A stretch of 64,000 nucleotides of DNA from Convolutriloba macropyga (Eukaryota), in NCBI RefSeq assembly GCF_964194025.1, contig NC_134478.1, positions 4,526,001-4,590,000 of the forward strand, read 5' to 3'. The notes beneath the pieces were generated by a model that had not been told where the DNA came from, searched no databases, and was given only the letters and a program-made list of their open reading frames with translations. Of the stretch, positions 62,601 through 64,000 are shown piece by piece. Position numbers and translations under genes: made by a program. Position 1 is the stretch's first letter; the number at the start of each line of letters is the position of its first letter.

Positions 62601-64000
62601 CAAGCTCATTCAAATTTGCAAACAAACATATCGCAAATACACTCAAATTCTAACACAATAATGAGTAGCCCCAAGTCAAACGCTCAAATCCCTCCTGCCC
62701 ACAGTAGGGTAAATTTTCAGTCAACGCCGAATTCGGCAGTAAATTCAACGCACTCCTCCAACGACGGCCAAAATTCACCGAACCTTGAACTCTCCAAAGA
62801 AGAGGTCTCCGAGACCAACCTCACGCAGTTGTTCACTAAAGGATTTCTAGCTGTCTTAACGAGCAAGGATGCAGTGCTCAAAGAAGTACAAGACTGTATC
62901 GTTCAAAACGACGCACAACGATGCAAGAAGGTGAACCCCTATCTTTTCTCCTATTGAAGGGACCTACACGTGAGGTCAGCTGCGTCTGCGTAGACGAACG
63001 TGTGGCAATACCACACTCAATTTAGGACGTTGTTCTCGAAAGTCTCCACCTCACCCACCCTGACAGCTGGGGTATGATTACCCTTGGGCAGTATGCGTTC
63101 TGGCCATACATGCACCGCGAGATCCTCAATTAAGCGGCCCAGTGCAAGCCTTGTACTAATATTGACGCAGACACAGTTCCCGTGGAGGACTAGCTAGATG
63201 ACAACGGCTGGAGGACTGGTGATCGCAGTGACATACTTACAGAGGAGGCGATGCAAAAAGCGCAAGTGGACGCAGGGCGGAGCTATAATGGGGACAAAAG
63301 TAAATCTATATCACGATTTATTATGCACCCCAAATTGAACAACCCGATACCGCGGTCAGAACGATCTTTAGAAGTTAAATTAGCTCGCAAAGTCTCAAAG
63401 CGGTCAAAGAGGGACCTCCGAGGACTCTGGGAGACATTGGCCCCAGGTAGCACTGTTGTGAGAACTTCGCCCACAACAACTGTAATCAAGGAACCCGGAG
63501 TCCCTGAAGCTCGATTAAGGAATAATGATATTGCCAACTTCAGGACTCGTGCCGAGCGAAACACTGACCTTTGGCAGTACGCCCAACGACGTCCTCTCCC
63601 GTACGATAAGACCACTGAGGAAAAGATTGCTTAGCACACCAAAGATCTTCAAAAGAAACATCGGGGGAAATCAAGATCAGACACTGACCTACTCAGTCTG
63701 ATGCTGCTTCTGGAGTCTCGTCCGCAAACAGCAACATCTCAAAAGCCATGTCCTCGCGCAAGCTTAAAAAGCCTCAAGCAGGGAGGAACAGATCACCTCA
63801 GTCTTCCTCTACATTGAACACCTCTAATGCTTCATCAGTTGCTGCGTCATCAGTCACCTCGTCAACCACCTCGCCTTCCACGTCTATAGCGAAACGAACT
63901 GGAAAGGCCCCAGATTATTTTGGCTTCAAAAGTTCGGTATTTTCGGTTAGTGACGACTCTTCTCCTGTGCCAAAGTGGCACAAATCCACCACTAATCCCG

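Larger units (their letters stand above)
59204..64000 (+). mobile_element. Ty3/Gypsy (Mag-like) LTR retrotransposon, internally deleted, runs off the window
   Basis: gag with Mag-type knuckle CPNCG...H..NCPA; protease LVDSGS; RT N-half (LDLK, YRFITG); RNaseH (FASRFLN..E.RYS.NELELL, ITDHRAL); integrase HHCC remnant. Confidence 0.92.

Overview
AT-rich, repeat-dominated eukaryotic DNA, very probably from an invertebrate animal (spliceosomal introns, BEL/Pao, Copia, Mag-type Gypsy and LINE elements). Only two convincing non-TE genes are present. (1) A 4-exon UBL7 orthologue (UBL + UBA; 18328-25610, +) that the ORF track shows only in fragments. (2) An intact, intronless 349-aa ORF (46281-47330, -) with a signal peptide and all motifs of the mainly bacterial ParBc_2 (ParB/sulfiredoxin-fold) family, i.e. 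an apparently secreted, Cys-rich, probably horizontally acquired enzyme; this is the best candidate for something new. The rest is TEs. A young full-length Copia (7987-13504) has a TTTGT TSD and a half-tRNA-iMet PBS folded into a U5 hairpin. There are three BEL/Pao relics, one with a tandemly triplicated pol and an in-frame GKVEV pentapeptide array. A decayed LINE has a 2A-like motif + PHD at its N-terminus and C2H2 fingers at its C-terminus. A Mag-type Gypsy lacks both its RT and integrase catalytic cores. Finally, three DINE-1/Helentron-like non-autonomous families nest into the same T-run, and one of them carries an internal tRNA-like A/B-box cassette. All family assignments come from motif recognition by eye, not database searches.
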